Source: Terriglobales bacterium | Lineage (GTDB): Bacteria; Acidobacteriota; Terriglobia; Terriglobales; Acidobacteriaceae | Length of the DNA stretch: 64,000 bases | Assembly: GCA_035262645.1 (NCBI GenBank) | Contig: DATFSK010000015.1 | Location: 22,729 to 86,728, forward strand | Direction of reading: 5' to 3' | In this document: positions 39,611 to 49,693 of the stretch, one piece after another | Layout of the letters: every line of letters starts with the position of its first letter | Numbering within the stretch: position 1 is the stretch's first letter | Translations under genes and position numbers: made by a program | The notes under the pieces: model-generated | Told to the model about the DNA's origin: nothing | What the model saw: the letters and a program-made list of their open reading frames with translations, nothing else | Database searches by the model: none

Positions 39611-42316
39611 TTACTTCCCCCGGCGGGCTTGTTTGTTATTTACGGCCGATTTCTTTCCCTTCGGCAGGCCATCGCTACCGTCTCTCTGCGCGTCCGAAAC
39701 CTCTACCACGCTCAGCACCACGCCGTCGATGCGGTTGTCCAGAGTCTTGTAAGGCGAGAGCCGAAAGCGATACCAGCGCTTGTCTTTGTCCTGCACGTCA
39801 TATTGCTGCGTTTGCGCGTCCCGGACGATGTCCACCATCACCTGCTCCAGCCAGGGCAGGTCTATATTGAACTTGAGGCGCGGAATCGGCCTTCCGATGT
39901 CCGTATTCATCAGGCCCAGCAACGTGCCGGCCTGCGCAGTAAAGCGCCGCACGGTCAGGTCGGAACCCACCATCAGCATCGGCAGATCGACGTTGTTCAG
40001 CAGGTTGTTCAGATCATTATTAATCTGCGTCAGCATGTCATTACGGTGCTGCATCTCCTCGTTGACCGTGTGCAGCTCTTCATTTGCCGATTCCAACTCC
40101 TCCTTCGAAGTCTGGAGCTCTTCATTGGTGCTTTGCAGCTCCTCGTTGCCCGACTGGATCTCTTCGTTAGCCGACTGCAACTCCTCGTTCGTCGCCTCCT
40201 GCGCCTCGATGATCGACTGCAGATATTCCTTGGTCGCCGTCAGTTCTTGCCGCAGCTGGGCAATCTGCTCATCCTTGGCTGCTCGCTCCGCGTCGGTCAG
40301 TGGACCGGCGGTCACGGGCGCGACTGCGATATGTTCTGCCTCCGGGGCCTGTGGCTCAAACACGATCAGGTAATTGCCCGCCTCCTGCGGCGAGGGATTA
40401 AACGGTACGACGCGAATGGTGACTACCTTGGATTCTCCGTTCGTATCGACATGAATGTTGGGCCGCCTGCTCTCACCCTTGCTTTTGCGCGCTTCCTCAA
40501 CGACCCTTTGCAGCTCGAACAACAATCCAGGCTTCGCCATCTTCAGCAGATGCAGGCTGGCCTTGCCATGAGGCAACTCGAGAAATGACCCCGTGCGGCC
40601 CCGCGTCTGCAGAATTTCCATCTGCTCATTCACCACAACGGCCGGCGGCGCATAATGGGCCAGCAAGAGCCGGTCGGCTTCCCGCTGCAGCTCGATGGGC
40701 GCCTTGATTGTGTCATGCGGCTTGGCGGCCGGTGTGCCCCCGCCGCTTCCTTCCGGGCTTGTGTCGGGCACTCCGACCGCCAGGCCGAAGGTTACCGGGG
40801 AGGAAACCATCCGTTTGCGATAAATTTTTTGTTTTTTGTCGACCATATCGAACAGCTCGGATCCCGCTCCCAACAAGCCTTCCGTACTGCCGATGATCAG
40901 GAAGCCAGTCGGGTTCAGGGCGTAATGAAAGATCGGAATGACCTTCTTCTGCAGGGCCTGGCTGAGATAGATCATCACGTTGCGGCAGCTGATCAGGTCC
41001 ATCCGCGAGAACGGCGGATCACTAAAGACATTCTGTGTGGAAAAAATGCACAGGTCGCGAACCGTCTTGCCAATCTGGTACCCGGCATCGGTCTTATGGA
41101 AGAACCGTCGCAGGCGGGCCGGCGAAATATCGGCGCCAATACTCTCCTTGTAAATGCCTACCCGCGCCTTCTGGATCGCTCCCTCGCTCAGATCGGTGCC
41201 GAAGATTTGCACCGGAACTTCCGTCTTTTCCTCGCCCAAATACTCCATCAGCGAAATTGCGATCGAGTACGTTTCCTCTCCCGTCGAGCAGCCTGGCACC
41301 CATATGCGAATGGGATTTGCGGGCGTCATTCGCGCCTTCACGATGGCTGGATAAACTTCCTTCTTCAGCGCCTCAAATGCCTCCGGGTTGCGGAAGAAGC
41401 TGGTGACATTAATCAGCAGGTCCTGATAGAGGGAATTCACTTCGTTGCGATCGCGATGCAGGATTGCTGTGTATTCGCTGAGCTTGTGGACGCGATTGAG
41501 CGCCATGCGCCGCTGGATGCGGCGTCCGATTGTCGGCGGCTTGTATTCGGAAAAATCAACTCCCGTGGCTCGCCGCAGCAGGCGGAAAACCTGCCCCATA
41601 AAGGCGTCGGTCGTTTCCTGGCTTTCCGCTCCTGGCTCCAGCAGTTTTCCCGCGACGTAGGGGTGCTGCCGGATGCGGTCCAGTTCCTTGGCAATGCCTT
41701 CGGGCGGCAAAATAAAATCGACAGCACCGGCGGAAATAGCGCTGGCAGGCATGCCATCGTACTTCGCCGTGCGTGGGTCCTGTGCGAAGGTAATGCCACC
41801 CTCGCCCTTAATCGCGGCCAAGCCGAGCGTGCCGTCCGTAGCCGTACCCGACAACACCACACCAATGGCATTTCTGCTCTGGTCGGTGGCCAGCGAGCGC
41901 AGGAAGATATCGATCGTGGTATTGACCGTGTGTGGTTCCTGCCGCTCCGACAAAACCAGCACGCCCGCTTGGATGGTCATGTCGCAGTTGGGCGGGATCA
42001 CGTACACGTGGTCTGGCTGTACACGCATTCCGTTCTGCGCCGTCAGCACGGGTATCGACGTTGTTCGCGAAAGGATCTGCGAGAACGCGCTCTCGCGCGA
42101 GGGGTCAAGGTGCGGCACCAGGATGAGCGATAACCCAGGATGTGGCGAAAGCGCCTTGAGAAACGAGGTGAACGCTTCCAATCCGCCGGCGGAGGCGCCG
42201 ATCCCTACGATAGGAAAGCTGTCTCTGGCGTGATCGCCAGACGAGTTCGCGGCCTTCCCCTTGGTTTTTTCCTTTCCGGCGCCTTCCGATTTACGAGTTG
42301 AGCGCGAGGGTGTCAT
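39611..42316 (-). CDS. CheB methylesterase - CheR methyltransferase - PAS - coiled coil - PAS fusion protein
   Basis: 901 aa. CheB-like GIGASAGGLEAF, CheR SAM-binding IWVPGCSTGEETYSIA, NEELQS heptad coiled coil, and a C-terminal PAS-like domain. Confidence 0.9.
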   Translation of the reverse strand: MTPSRSTRKSEGAGKEKTKGKAANSSGDHARDSFPIVGIGASAGGLEAFTSFLKALSPHPGLSLILVPHLDPSRESAFSQILSRTTSIPVLTAQNGMRVQPDHVYVIPPNCDMTIQAGVLVLSERQEPHTVNTTIDIFLRSLATDQSRNAIGVVLSGTATDGTLGLAAIKGEGGITFAQDPRTAKYDGMPASAISAGAVDFILPPEGIAKELDRIRQHPYVAGKLLEPGAESQETTDAFMGQVFRLLRRATGVDFSEYKPPTIGRRIQRRMALNRVHKLSEYTAILHRDRNEVNSLYQDLLINVTSFFRNPEAFEALKKEVYPAIVKARMTPANPIRIWVPGCSTGEETYSIAISLMEYLGEEKTEVPVQIFGTDLSEGAIQKARVGIYKESIGADISPARLRRFFHKTDAGYQIGKTVRDLCIFSTQNVFSDPPFSRMDLISCRNVMIYLSQALQKKVIPIFHYALNPTGFLIIGSTEGLLGAGSELFDMVDKKQKIYRKRMVSSPVTFGLAVGVPDTSPEGSGGGTPAAKPHDTIKAPIELQREADRLLLAHYAPPAVVVNEQMEILQTRGRTGSFLELPHGKASLHLLKMAKPGLLFELQRVVEEARKSKGESRRPNIHVDTNGESKVVTIRVVPFNPSPQEAGNYLIVFEPQAPEAEHIAVAPVTAGPLTDAERAAKDEQIAQLRQELTATKEYLQSIIEAQEATNEELQSANEEIQSGNEELQSTNEELQTSKEELESANEELHTVNEEMQHRNDMLTQINNDLNNLLNNVDLPMLMVGSDLTVRRFTAQAGTLLGLMNTDIGRPIPRLKFNIDLPWLEQVMVDIVRDAQTQQYDVQDKDKRWYRFRLSPYKTLDNRIDGVVLSVVEVSDAQRDGSDGLPKGKKSAVNNKQARRGK

Positions 42317-42523
42317 GAGAAATCCGCAGCCTGGGCATGGAGACTGCTAACGGCCAGAATGTACAGGAGTGGTACATCTAGACCACTCCGGCATAGGTGT
42401 CATATTGTCGAAGATTATAACTCCCGATTTTCTTCTGCCTCCTGCTATCCCGCTTGCGATTGCACCTGCATCAAACCTTGTGAAAACGCTTATACCGCCC
42501 CTTCGTCAGTAGGATGCCTGGCA

Positions 42524-42709
42524 ATGCCCGCGGGAGAATACAAACCGGCAAAACGCGCTAATACCATTGCAGACGAAGAAGAAGCCAGGCACCTCCTGGA
42601 ACGGGCAGAGAAGCTGGCGGTTAAGACCCGGCTTCTGATAGAACAAACCGAACAATTGCTCGCCCAAACCAGAAAGCTGCTGGCGAAATCCGATGTCAAG
42701 TTGATGTGA
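42524..42709 (+). CDS. hypothetical small coiled-coil protein
   Basis: 61 aa, from the internal Met of track ORF 42359..42709: MPAGEYKPAKRANTIADEEEARHLLERAEKLAVKTRLLIEQTEQLLAQTRKLLAKSDVKLM. AGGA lies 9 nt upstream. Confidence 0.35.
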   Translation: MPAGEYKPAKRANTIADEEEARHLLERAEKLAVKTRLLIEQTEQLLAQTRKLLAKSDVKLM

Positions 42710-42998
42710 GAATGGCCCGGGCGTTATGCCTGTGCTGTCTTACGGCCAATAAAGCGGCAGACGGGACGCAGACAATTTTTTTCTCGTCTTGGATGACGCT
42801 GCCCGCACCCTCTCCGACGTTGCACGCAACATCCGCGCATGGCGTCGCAGCCGGCGCGCCTGGTCCATTAGCAACAGCATGCGCTCTCACCTCATGCCGG
42901 TTTCTTCCAGAACTCGGAGCACCGACTCTGCGTGTGTTTCTACGGGCAGCATTAGCTTCCAGCTTCCGTGAATCGGGCGTCCAGCCTCTTGCCGTCGA

Positions 42999-43451
42999 TC
43001 AGTTTACTTTGCTCGCGTGCAGCGGCTTATTGCCAGCATCGCCATCACGATTCCGATTCATGTTCCACTCGTCATAAAGCGACCTGAACCTTCGGACCTC
43101 CTCGCGCAGTACGGCACGGCTGATGGCAACGTCCTGGACCAATCCTTCTATCTCTTTCATGGCTCTGCGAAATTCCTCTAGACCCGCCGCAAGCTGGAGC
43201 CTCGCCTCCTCGTCTTTCTTCAACGACGCGTTCGCCTGCGGGCGGAATGCGCGCCGTCCCCTCTGTACCCACGCCTCCAAGTCGTCGCGGTGCGCCATTA
43301 CCACATTTCGTGGCGCGCCATCGGGACGAAGGATAGGAAGCCCCAGCGTCGCCTCCCAACGTTGCACAGTCCGTACTCCCTTGCCGAGGAAGGCGGCAAT
43401 TTCTTTCCACGAAGTCAGAAGTTTGCTTCCCGCCAGATTAGCTTCGGACAT
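42999..43451 (-). CDS. helix-turn-helix (excisionase/MerR-like) DNA-binding protein with C-terminal coiled coil
   Basis: 150 aa. LLTSWKEIAAFLGKGVRTVQRWEATLGLPILR is an HTH motif. Confidence 0.65.
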   Translation of the reverse strand: MSEANLAGSKLLTSWKEIAAFLGKGVRTVQRWEATLGLPILRPDGAPRNVVMAHRDDLEAWVQRGRRAFRPQANASLKKDEEARLQLAAGLEEFRRAMKEIEGLVQDVAISRAVLREEVRRFRSLYDEWNMNRNRDGDAGNKPLHASKVN

Positions 43452-43692
43452 TCCAGAACCCCCGCGCCTCTGGTTTTCGAACGGATATTTGATCGAATTC
43501 TACGCCGGAATTGCGTTGCGGGAAATGGTCCGGATTAAGGTAACCGTCCAGCATCAATGAGGTGCGGCCTTTCCGGCTGCTCACCTTGATTCTGGGTATA
43601 AGCCATTTGGCCGCTTATTCCTCGCTCGCAAACTTCATGCTTGTGACTATCCGCCTCCACCCATTCGATTGTTTTCGAATGAGTGAGCCCTA

Positions 43693-44082
43693 CTACCGAA
43701 CCCGTGGCAGCAGCTCGGCATCAGGCACCAGGTTCTCAATCAGGTCCAACATGTCGTTAGGACTGCTGGCGCCCTTGATCAGCAGCGCATCCACGCTTTC
43801 CCTCGCGCTGACGGGAACATTCGGATCCCCGGTCAACATGATCAGTGCGACCTTCGGCCAGCTTTCCCGAATGGTGCGCGACAGTTCTTCGCCATTCACC
43901 TTTCCGGAAAGGTGGTAATCGATAAGGATGAGATCGATGGGATGCTGATCAAGGGCGTCCAGGCAGGCGGGGGCGTCAGTAACGGTGACGACTTCGCATC
44001 CGAACTGCTGAAGCATCAACTTGCGAATCAGCAGACTGTCTGCCCGGTCGTCGACGCAGAGGATGGTCGGCTTCCTGGCCAT
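43693..44082 (-). CDS. single-domain response regulator (receiver)
   Basis: 129 aa with the canonical residues ILCVDD, LILIDYHL, IMLTG and LLIKG. Confidence 0.85.
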   Translation of the reverse strand: MARKPTILCVDDRADSLLIRKLMLQQFGCEVVTVTDAPACLDALDQHPIDLILIDYHLSGKVNGEELSRTIRESWPKVALIMLTGDPNVPVSARESVDALLIKGASSPNDMLDLIENLVPDAELLPRVR

Positions 44083-44182
44083 AGTTTGCCACCTGGCAAC
44101 TCAGATGCCAGATCGCACCCCGACCGTTGTTTGACACGGGCCCTGCGCGCCCTATATCCCACGAAGGGAGGGTGTAAGTGCA

Positions 44183-44632
44183 TCACTTCTGTTGCATCGA
44201 GGCGATGTATTTCGTCAGGTTTCGCACCCGCAGCTGCGTGGCTGCGGTGTCGTGCCCGCTCAAGTTCGAAAACACCGGTCCCCACACCGGCATCTCCTTG
44301 CTTCCGTGAGCCGGCATCGTCGAGTCGCCCTTGATGACCTGAGCCACGTGCTGCTCCGGGAAGGTGCCGCCGTTTTTCGCCGCTAATTGCGTGAGATCCG
44401 TCGGCGTAGCTTTCAGCGCCGATGCGGCCGGGCCATTGCCTTTTCCGCCTTGCCCGTGACAGGACGCGCAATACGCGTCATACATCTGCCGTCCAGATGT
44501 GGGGTTTGTGTACCCCGCGGGAACGTTCTTGATTTCAGTCTTGCCGGCCTGTGCTGGGGCAGTATTTTGCGCGCTAAGACAGGCGGCGGATAGAAGCAGG
44601 AGAGCGATCAGGCAGAAAATGCGAACGCGCAT
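44183..44632 (-). CDS. c-type cytochrome (secreted)
   Basis: Internal Met MRVRIFCLIALLLLSAACLSAQ gives the signal peptide. Heme motif CASCHG and a distal Met candidate. Confidence 0.8.
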   Translation of the reverse strand: MRVRIFCLIALLLLSAACLSAQNTAPAQAGKTEIKNVPAGYTNPTSGRQMYDAYCASCHGQGGKGNGPAASALKATPTDLTQLAAKNGGTFPEQHVAQVIKGDSTMPAHGSKEMPVWGPVFSNLSGHDTAATQLRVRNLTKYIASMQQK

Positions 44633-44751
44633 AGAACCTTCTTTCGGGCGCGAAGATGCGGTTACACCAACCCACAACTATGAAACACGCCCCGCAACCC
44701 CACAAGGCTCTACATCACACCACCTTCGGTTATGCAACCGCCGCTGATGCT

Positions 44752-45441
44752 TTAGAACGCCATCTCCTTCAACTCCGGGCTCACCATCAGCGGCGCCTCC
44801 GTCGCCTGCTGAACATCTTCCACCGTCAACCCCGGCGCGATCTCCTCCAGCACCAGCCCGCTCTGTGTCACCCGGATGTACGCCATCTCCGTCACAATCG
44901 TATCCACCACGCGCAACCCGGTGATCGGCAGTGTGCACCGCTTCAGAATCTTGGGACCTCCATCGCGCGTGGTGTGCTCCATGGCGACGATCACGCGCTT
45001 GGCGCTGGCCACCAGGTCCATCGCGCCGCCCATGCCCTTGACCATCTTGCCGGGGATCATCCAGTTGGCGAGATTGCCGTCCTCGTCCACTTCCATCGCG
45101 CCCAGCACGCTCAGGTCGATGTGCCCGCCGCGAATCATCGCAAACGATTCCGCGCTGGAGAAGAATGCCGTGCCCGGCAGCTCGGTCACCGTCTCTTTGC
45201 CGGCATTAATGAGATCGGGATCCTCGGTGCCGGACATCGGATACGGCCCCACGCCCATCATCCCGTTCTCGCTTTGCAATACGACTTCAATTCCCGGCGG
45301 CACGCAGTTGGCCACCAGCGTGGGCATGCCAATGCCGAGATTGACGTAGAAGCCATCGCGCAACTCGCGCGCCACGCGCCGCACAATGCGATCGCGCTTC
45401 TCAGTGTCCTTCTGCTTTGCGATATTCGGAGTCGTCGCCAT
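44752..45441 (-). CDS. scoB: 3-oxoacid CoA-transferase subunit B
   Basis: 229 aa, typical subunit B sequence ([22 protein letters not shown]). Adjacent to subunit A. Confidence 0.9.
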   Translation of the reverse strand: MATTPNIAKQKDTEKRDRIVRRVARELRDGFYVNLGIGMPTLVANCVPPGIEVVLQSENGMMGVGPYPMSGTEDPDLINAGKETVTELPGTAFFSSAESFAMIRGGHIDLSVLGAMEVDEDGNLANWMIPGKMVKGMGGAMDLVASAKRVIVAMEHTTRDGGPKILKRCTLPITGLRVVDTIVTEMAYIRVTQSGLVLEEIAPGLTVEDVQQATEAPLMVSPELKEMAF

Positions 45442-45450
45442 AATCTCAAG

Positions 45451-45484
45451 CCCCTAATCCCTAATCCCCAGCCCCTTACCCCTT
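45451..45484. repeat. 7-nt-period tandem array (YCCCYWR)x5 in scoA-scoB junction
   Basis: cccctaa tccctaa tccccag cccctta cccctt. The array contains the scoA stop codon. Confidence 0.6.
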
Positions 45485-46171
45485 CCGCACCGTCCGACGC
45501 TCAATCCGCTTCTCGTAATCCTGGCCCTGAAAAATGCGATGCACGTACACACTCGGCGTGTGCACCTGATCGGCATCGATCTCCCCCGGCTCAACCAGAT
45601 GCTCGACCTCGACAATCGTGACCTCTGCCGCCGTCGCCATCATGGGATTAAAATTCCGCGCCGTCTTGCGGTACACAAGGTTTCCCCACTTGTCGCCCTT
45701 CCACGCCTTGATGAGCGCGAAGTCGGCCGTCATGCCGCGTTCCAGCACATAGGGCTTGCCATCGAAGTCGCGCGTCTCTTTCCCTTCGGCGACCACCGTA
45801 CCGAATCCCGTTGGCGTGAAGAACGCCGGAATCCCCGCGCCACCAGCGCGAATCCTCTCCGCCAGCGTTCCCTGCGGAACCAGTTCGAGATCGATGCGTC
45901 CGGTCAGCACCATGTCTTCCAGCAGCTTATTCTCGCCAACGTAGCTGCCTTTGTGAGACTTGATCTGCCCGGCTGCAAGCATGAGCCCCAGCCCAAAGTC
46001 GTCTACGCCGACGTTGTTGCTGATGGTATTCAGGTTCTTCACGCCCTTCTTCACCAGCGCGCGAATCAGGTTCTCCGGAATACCGCACAGCCCGAAGCCG
46101 CCGACCATGATGGTCGCGCCGTCCTGAATGTCGTGCACCGCATCATCGGCGTTCGCGACTACTTTGTTCAT
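45476..46171 (-). CDS. scoA: 3-oxoacid CoA-transferase subunit A
   Basis: Internal Met [36 protein letters not shown], typical of subunit A. Confidence 0.9.
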   Translation of the reverse strand: MNKVVANADDAVHDIQDGATIMVGGFGLCGIPENLIRALVKKGVKNLNTISNNVGVDDFGLGLMLAAGQIKSHKGSYVGENKLLEDMVLTGRIDLELVPQGTLAERIRAGGAGIPAFFTPTGFGTVVAEGKETRDFDGKPYVLERGMTADFALIKAWKGDKWGNLVYRKTARNFNPMMATAAEVTIVEVEHLVEPGEIDADQVHTPSVYVHRIFQGQDYEKRIERRTVRKG

Positions 46172-46344
46172 TGGCATAAGCGTTTTCGTCCGACCCGCGA
46201 TTGTACCGAGCCGCATCGGCCTCGTGCAAAACGCAGCCCCTGTGATTGCTCCCGTAGGAAGTGCTGGCCCTGGTGAGTTGTTGAAACCCTTTGATTGTGA
46301 GTGAATATCGCAAGCCCCACCCGGTTCCGAAAAGGAGACCAGCC

Positions 46345-46710
46345 GTGTCCGACAGCGTATCGACCTTGCTGACTCGCAATCTTCAGGACGTCTTCGGTGA
46401 AAACGACCCCGCGCGTCGTCGTGCGGCCATCGACGAGATCTACACCGAAGATGGCGTGTTCTACGACCCCAACAGGGGCGTGTACCGTGGCCGCGATGAG
46501 ATCGATCGCGTCGCAGGCGCGATAAGGGCTACTCACCCTGACTTTCGATATCAGCCAATTGCCGCGCCCGAGGAATCGGGCAACGGCGGGCGAGTCAAAT
46601 GGGTGGCGGGCAGCCCTGGTGAGGCGCCAGCTTACGCCGGGACTGATTTCATCATTGACCGTGACGGCCGCATTGCCGCCGTCTATCTGTTTTTCGACAA
46701 GCTACCCTGA
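46345..46710 (+). CDS. SnoaL-like / NTF2 family protein
   Basis: GTG start with AAGGAG 7 nt upstream. ...[20 protein letters not shown]...[20 protein letters not shown] is an NTF2-like pattern. Confidence 0.65.
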   Translation: MSDSVSTLLTRNLQDVFGENDPARRRAAIDEIYTEDGVFYDPNRGVYRGRDEIDRVAGAIRATHPDFRYQPIAAPEESGNGGRVKWVAGSPGEAPAYAGTDFIIDRDGRIAAVYLFFDKLP

Positions 46711-46755
46711 GCGGGACTCTGCCGTGGGATGTCTCCGCCCCCGTACAACCGGCGT

Positions 46756-47253
46756 TTACGTCAGGATCTTCCGAATCTGCTCCAGATGATTCACATCATG
46801 CCCGGCGATCTGCTGCGCCAGGTCGCGAACGCTCATCTTTCCGCGCTCCGCATGCATGCCGTAACGCTCCCACTGCTCCGGAGTGAGCCGCTCAAACATC
46901 CGCAGATTGCTCGCACGCAACAACCGAAACAGCTCCAGCGATTCGGCCGGGCTAGCCGACGCGTAATTTCCCAACTTATGCCACAGCTCCTGATCGAACG
47001 GTGACAGCGGACCGCCATTGTGCTCGATCATCTGTCGATATCGCCACGCAGCTCCGATTTCCGCGTCCGCCAGGTGCGCCAGCACCTCCGCCACCGACCA
47101 CTTCGCCGGATCAGGCCGCTTCGTGAGCTTGTCCGACGAAGCCCCGGCGATCAACTGCGCGAGCGCACTGGCTGTTTCGCGCTGCACAGCCATCGCATCC
47201 TTACCCTCTACGTAAGACATAATGCGGGCCTTGTATTCCGCTACTGTTTCCAC
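46756..47253 (-). CDS. DinB family protein
   Basis: 165 aa with a DinB_2-like pattern (WSVAEVLAHLADAE, AGHDVNHLEQI). Confidence 0.75.
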   Translation of the reverse strand: METVAEYKARIMSYVEGKDAMAVQRETASALAQLIAGASSDKLTKRPDPAKWSVAEVLAHLADAEIGAAWRYRQMIEHNGGPLSPFDQELWHKLGNYASASPAESLELFRLLRASNLRMFERLTPEQWERYGMHAERGKMSVRDLAQQIAGHDVNHLEQIRKILT

Positions 47254-47395
47254 GAGAGTCCTCCAAGGGGAATATTCCTTCAGTTTAGACGCTCGATTGC
47301 AAATCGTGCATCTGCCCCACGACGCGTGCTCCGCTCCGTAGTTCGTTTACAATCCAGAATCGACTGAATTTCAGTTCGGAGCCCTCAACTCTCGG

Positions 47396-48631
47396 ATGCG
47401 CACCCTACATCGCCTCGCCTTCGTTCTCTTCGTCGCCACAGCTGCCTTCTCTCAAACGTCCCAATCATCGCCTTCAACACCTCAAGACTGGCGCGCCATT
47501 CACAACTCGGCCATCATCATCGACACCCATGCCGACACGCCGGGCCGCCTCGTCGACGAGAACTTCGATCTTGCGCAGGACGCGGGCACCGGCTATCTCG
47601 ACTTCAACAAGATCAAGGCCGGCAATCTCGGCGCCCAATTCTTCTCCATCTGGGTTGAACCCAAGGCCAACAAGGGCAACGAGGCCAAGCGCGCCCTCGA
47701 CATGATCGACGCGGTCTATGAGCAGGCGCGCCGCCATCCCGACAAGATGATGATGGCCTACGGGACGCACGACATCGTCGTCGCGCATCAAGAGCACAAG
47801 CTCGCCGCGCTGCTCGGAGTGGAAGGTGGTCACGCAATCGAGGGCGACATCCGCATCCTGCGCGACTACTACCGTCTCGGCGTCCGCTACATGACTCTGA
47901 CCTGGTCGAATACCAACGAGATCGGCGATTCCAGCGGTGATATGGATGACAAGAACATCCAGCGCCATGGCGGCCTCACTCCCTTCGGACGCGAAGTGGT
48001 CGAGGAGATGAACCGCCTGGGCATGATCGTCGACATCTCGCATGTTGCCGACTCGACGTTCTACCAGGCGCTGGAGTTGAGCAAGGCGCCGGTTATCGCG
48101 TCGCATTCGTCGTCACGCGCGCTCACCAACGCCCCGCGCAATATGACCGACGACATGTTGCGCGCCCTCGCCGCCAAGAACGGCGTCGCACAGGTGAACT
48201 TCTATTGCGCCTTCGTCTCACAGAAGTATCTGGACGCCGCGAAGCAGCTCAGAGTCCAGCATGACCCGGATTATGAGAAGGTGCAATCACTGTTCATCAA
48301 GCCGCAGACGCCGGAGACCGCGAAAGAATTAGCTGAGGCCAAGGCGAAGCTCGCACCCAAGCTGCCACGACCGCCGCTCAGCGATCTGATCGACCATATC
48401 GACCATATGGCGAAGGTCGCCGGTGTTGACCATGTCGGACTGGGCTCGGATTTCGACGGCATTGACTGCTCGCCGCAGGGGCTCGACTCGGTTGCCGATT
48501 TGCCGAAAATCACCGAGGCCTTGTCCCAGCGCGGCTACACAGCCGCCGATCTTGATAAGATTCTTGGCGGCAATCTGCTGCGCGTATTCGGCCAGGTAGA
48601 AAAGGTCTCGCGGCAGATGCAAAGGCAGTGA
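47396..48631 (+). CDS. membrane dipeptidase (peptidase M19)
   Basis: 411 aa with a signal peptide. Motifs IIDTHADTP, GVEGGHAIEG, DISHV, HSSSRAL and GLGSDFDGI. Confidence 0.9.
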   Translation: MRTLHRLAFVLFVATAAFSQTSQSSPSTPQDWRAIHNSAIIIDTHADTPGRLVDENFDLAQDAGTGYLDFNKIKAGNLGAQFFSIWVEPKANKGNEAKRALDMIDAVYEQARRHPDKMMMAYGTHDIVVAHQEHKLAALLGVEGGHAIEGDIRILRDYYRLGVRYMTLTWSNTNEIGDSSGDMDDKNIQRHGGLTPFGREVVEEMNRLGMIVDISHVADSTFYQALELSKAPVIASHSSSRALTNAPRNMTDDMLRALAAKNGVAQVNFYCAFVSQKYLDAAKQLRVQHDPDYEKVQSLFIKPQTPETAKELAEAKAKLAPKLPRPPLSDLIDHIDHMAKVAGVDHVGLGSDFDGIDCSPQGLDSVADLPKITEALSQRGYTAADLDKILGGNLLRVFGQVEKVSRQMQRQ

Positions 48632-48673
48632 CTAGTGGTCAGTGGCCAGTGGCTAGTTGCTGGCGGATAGTTG
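48625..48673. repeat. 7-nt-period tandem array (CTAGTGG-type)x7, overlapping dipeptidase stop codon
   Basis: gcagtga ctagtgg tcagtgg ccagtgg ctagttg ctggcgg atagttg. Confidence 0.8.
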
Positions 48674-48717
48674 TTGTGAAATAAGAAGCCGCGTTGACCT
48701 GCATCGGTTGGTGCCGG

Positions 48718-48734
48718 GGCGCTGCTTGAGCGCC
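48718..48734. repeat. GC-rich REP-like hairpin (GGCGCT-gcttg-AGCGCC)
   Basis: Read directly. Lies between the two inverted heptamer arrays. Confidence 0.4.
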
Positions 48735-48782
48735 GTGACCGCAACCGGCCGTGGACTCCAACGTGGTCGCGCGATCGTCTTA

Positions 48783-48810
48783 CTAACCACTAGCCACTAG
48801 CCACTGATTT
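48783..48810. repeat. 7-nt-period tandem array (CTAGCCA-type)x4
   Basis: ctaacca ctagcca ctagcca ctgattt. This is the reverse complement of the 48625 array unit and the same unit as 34614. Confidence 0.75.
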
Positions 48811-48820
48811 TGGAGACATC

Positions 48821-49516
48821 ATGCACAAACTCATCATCGCTGTCCTCGCACTCACCACCTTCGCTGCCGCCCAAGCTACAACCTCGCAGCAGCACGCCGC
48901 CAGCGAAAAGAGCGCCCAGAAGGCGGCCGAGCCGACCGCTGTCATTGAAACCAGCATGGGCAACATCACCTGCACGCTGTTTCCTGACAAAGCGTCACAG
49001 TCGGTGGCCAACTTCATCGGCCTTGCCACCGGCACCAAGGAATGGAAGGACCCCAAGACCGGCAAGATGATGAAGGGCGTGCCGCTCTACAACGGAACCA
49101 TCTTCCATCGGGTCATCCCCAACTTCATGATCCAGGGTGGCGATCCTCTGGGTACCGGCAGCGGCGATCCCGGCTACCAGATCAAGGACGAGACCAGCCC
49201 CGACCTGACCTTCGATCAGCCTGGCCGTCTCGCCTACGCCAACAGCGGCCCCAACACCAACGGCTCGCAGTTCTTCATTACCGAGGCGGCCACGCCGTGG
49301 CTCAACGGCCACTACAGCATCTTCGGGCAGTGCCAGGATATCGACCTGGTGAAGAAGATCGCGCGCCTGCCCAGGAACGGTAACGACAAACCGGACAGTC
49401 CGCCGAAAATCATTACCATCAAGATCAGTGGGGCAGGCCACACGGCTGGGGCTGCAACTCATAAGAGCATGAGCTCACAAACAGGCGCGAAGAAGTCCGC
49501 GCCGGCTTCGCAGTAG
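48821..49516 (+). CDS. peptidyl-prolyl cis-trans isomerase (cyclophilin type), secreted
   Basis: 231 aa with a signal peptide. Motifs FHRVIPNFMIQGGDP and LAYANSGPNTNGSQFFIT. Confidence 0.9.
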   Translation: MHKLIIAVLALTTFAAAQATTSQQHAASEKSAQKAAEPTAVIETSMGNITCTLFPDKASQSVANFIGLATGTKEWKDPKTGKMMKGVPLYNGTIFHRVIPNFMIQGGDPLGTGSGDPGYQIKDETSPDLTFDQPGRLAYANSGPNTNGSQFFITEAATPWLNGHYSIFGQCQDIDLVKKIARLPRNGNDKPDSPPKIITIKISGAGHTAGAATHKSMSSQTGAKKSAPASQ

Positions 49517-49693
49517 GCGGCGCGCCGCTACCGCGTATGGACGCAAGCCCGTGCTCGAAGGCCCTTCCCGATTCGAGACGTTTTTTCCCGGCGGGCAATA
49601 ATCACCGTTGCAAGTGAGGTGCGTCACAGCACCCCAGTGCGCTCTCATTCACAATGACTCAGGGATGGGTAGCCAGAGGGGTACCTGCCGGGA

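Noticed and set aside
40655-42133. 492-aa plus-strand ORF, plus the 319-aa ORF at 39629..40588
   Set aside because: Both are antisense to the CheB-CheR-PAS gene, whose motifs are unambiguous.
42696-42890. 64-aa minus-strand ORF in the 289-bp spacer after the small coiled-coil ORF
   Set aside because: It is Ala/Gly-rich with no SD and no family signature, so it is probably non-coding.
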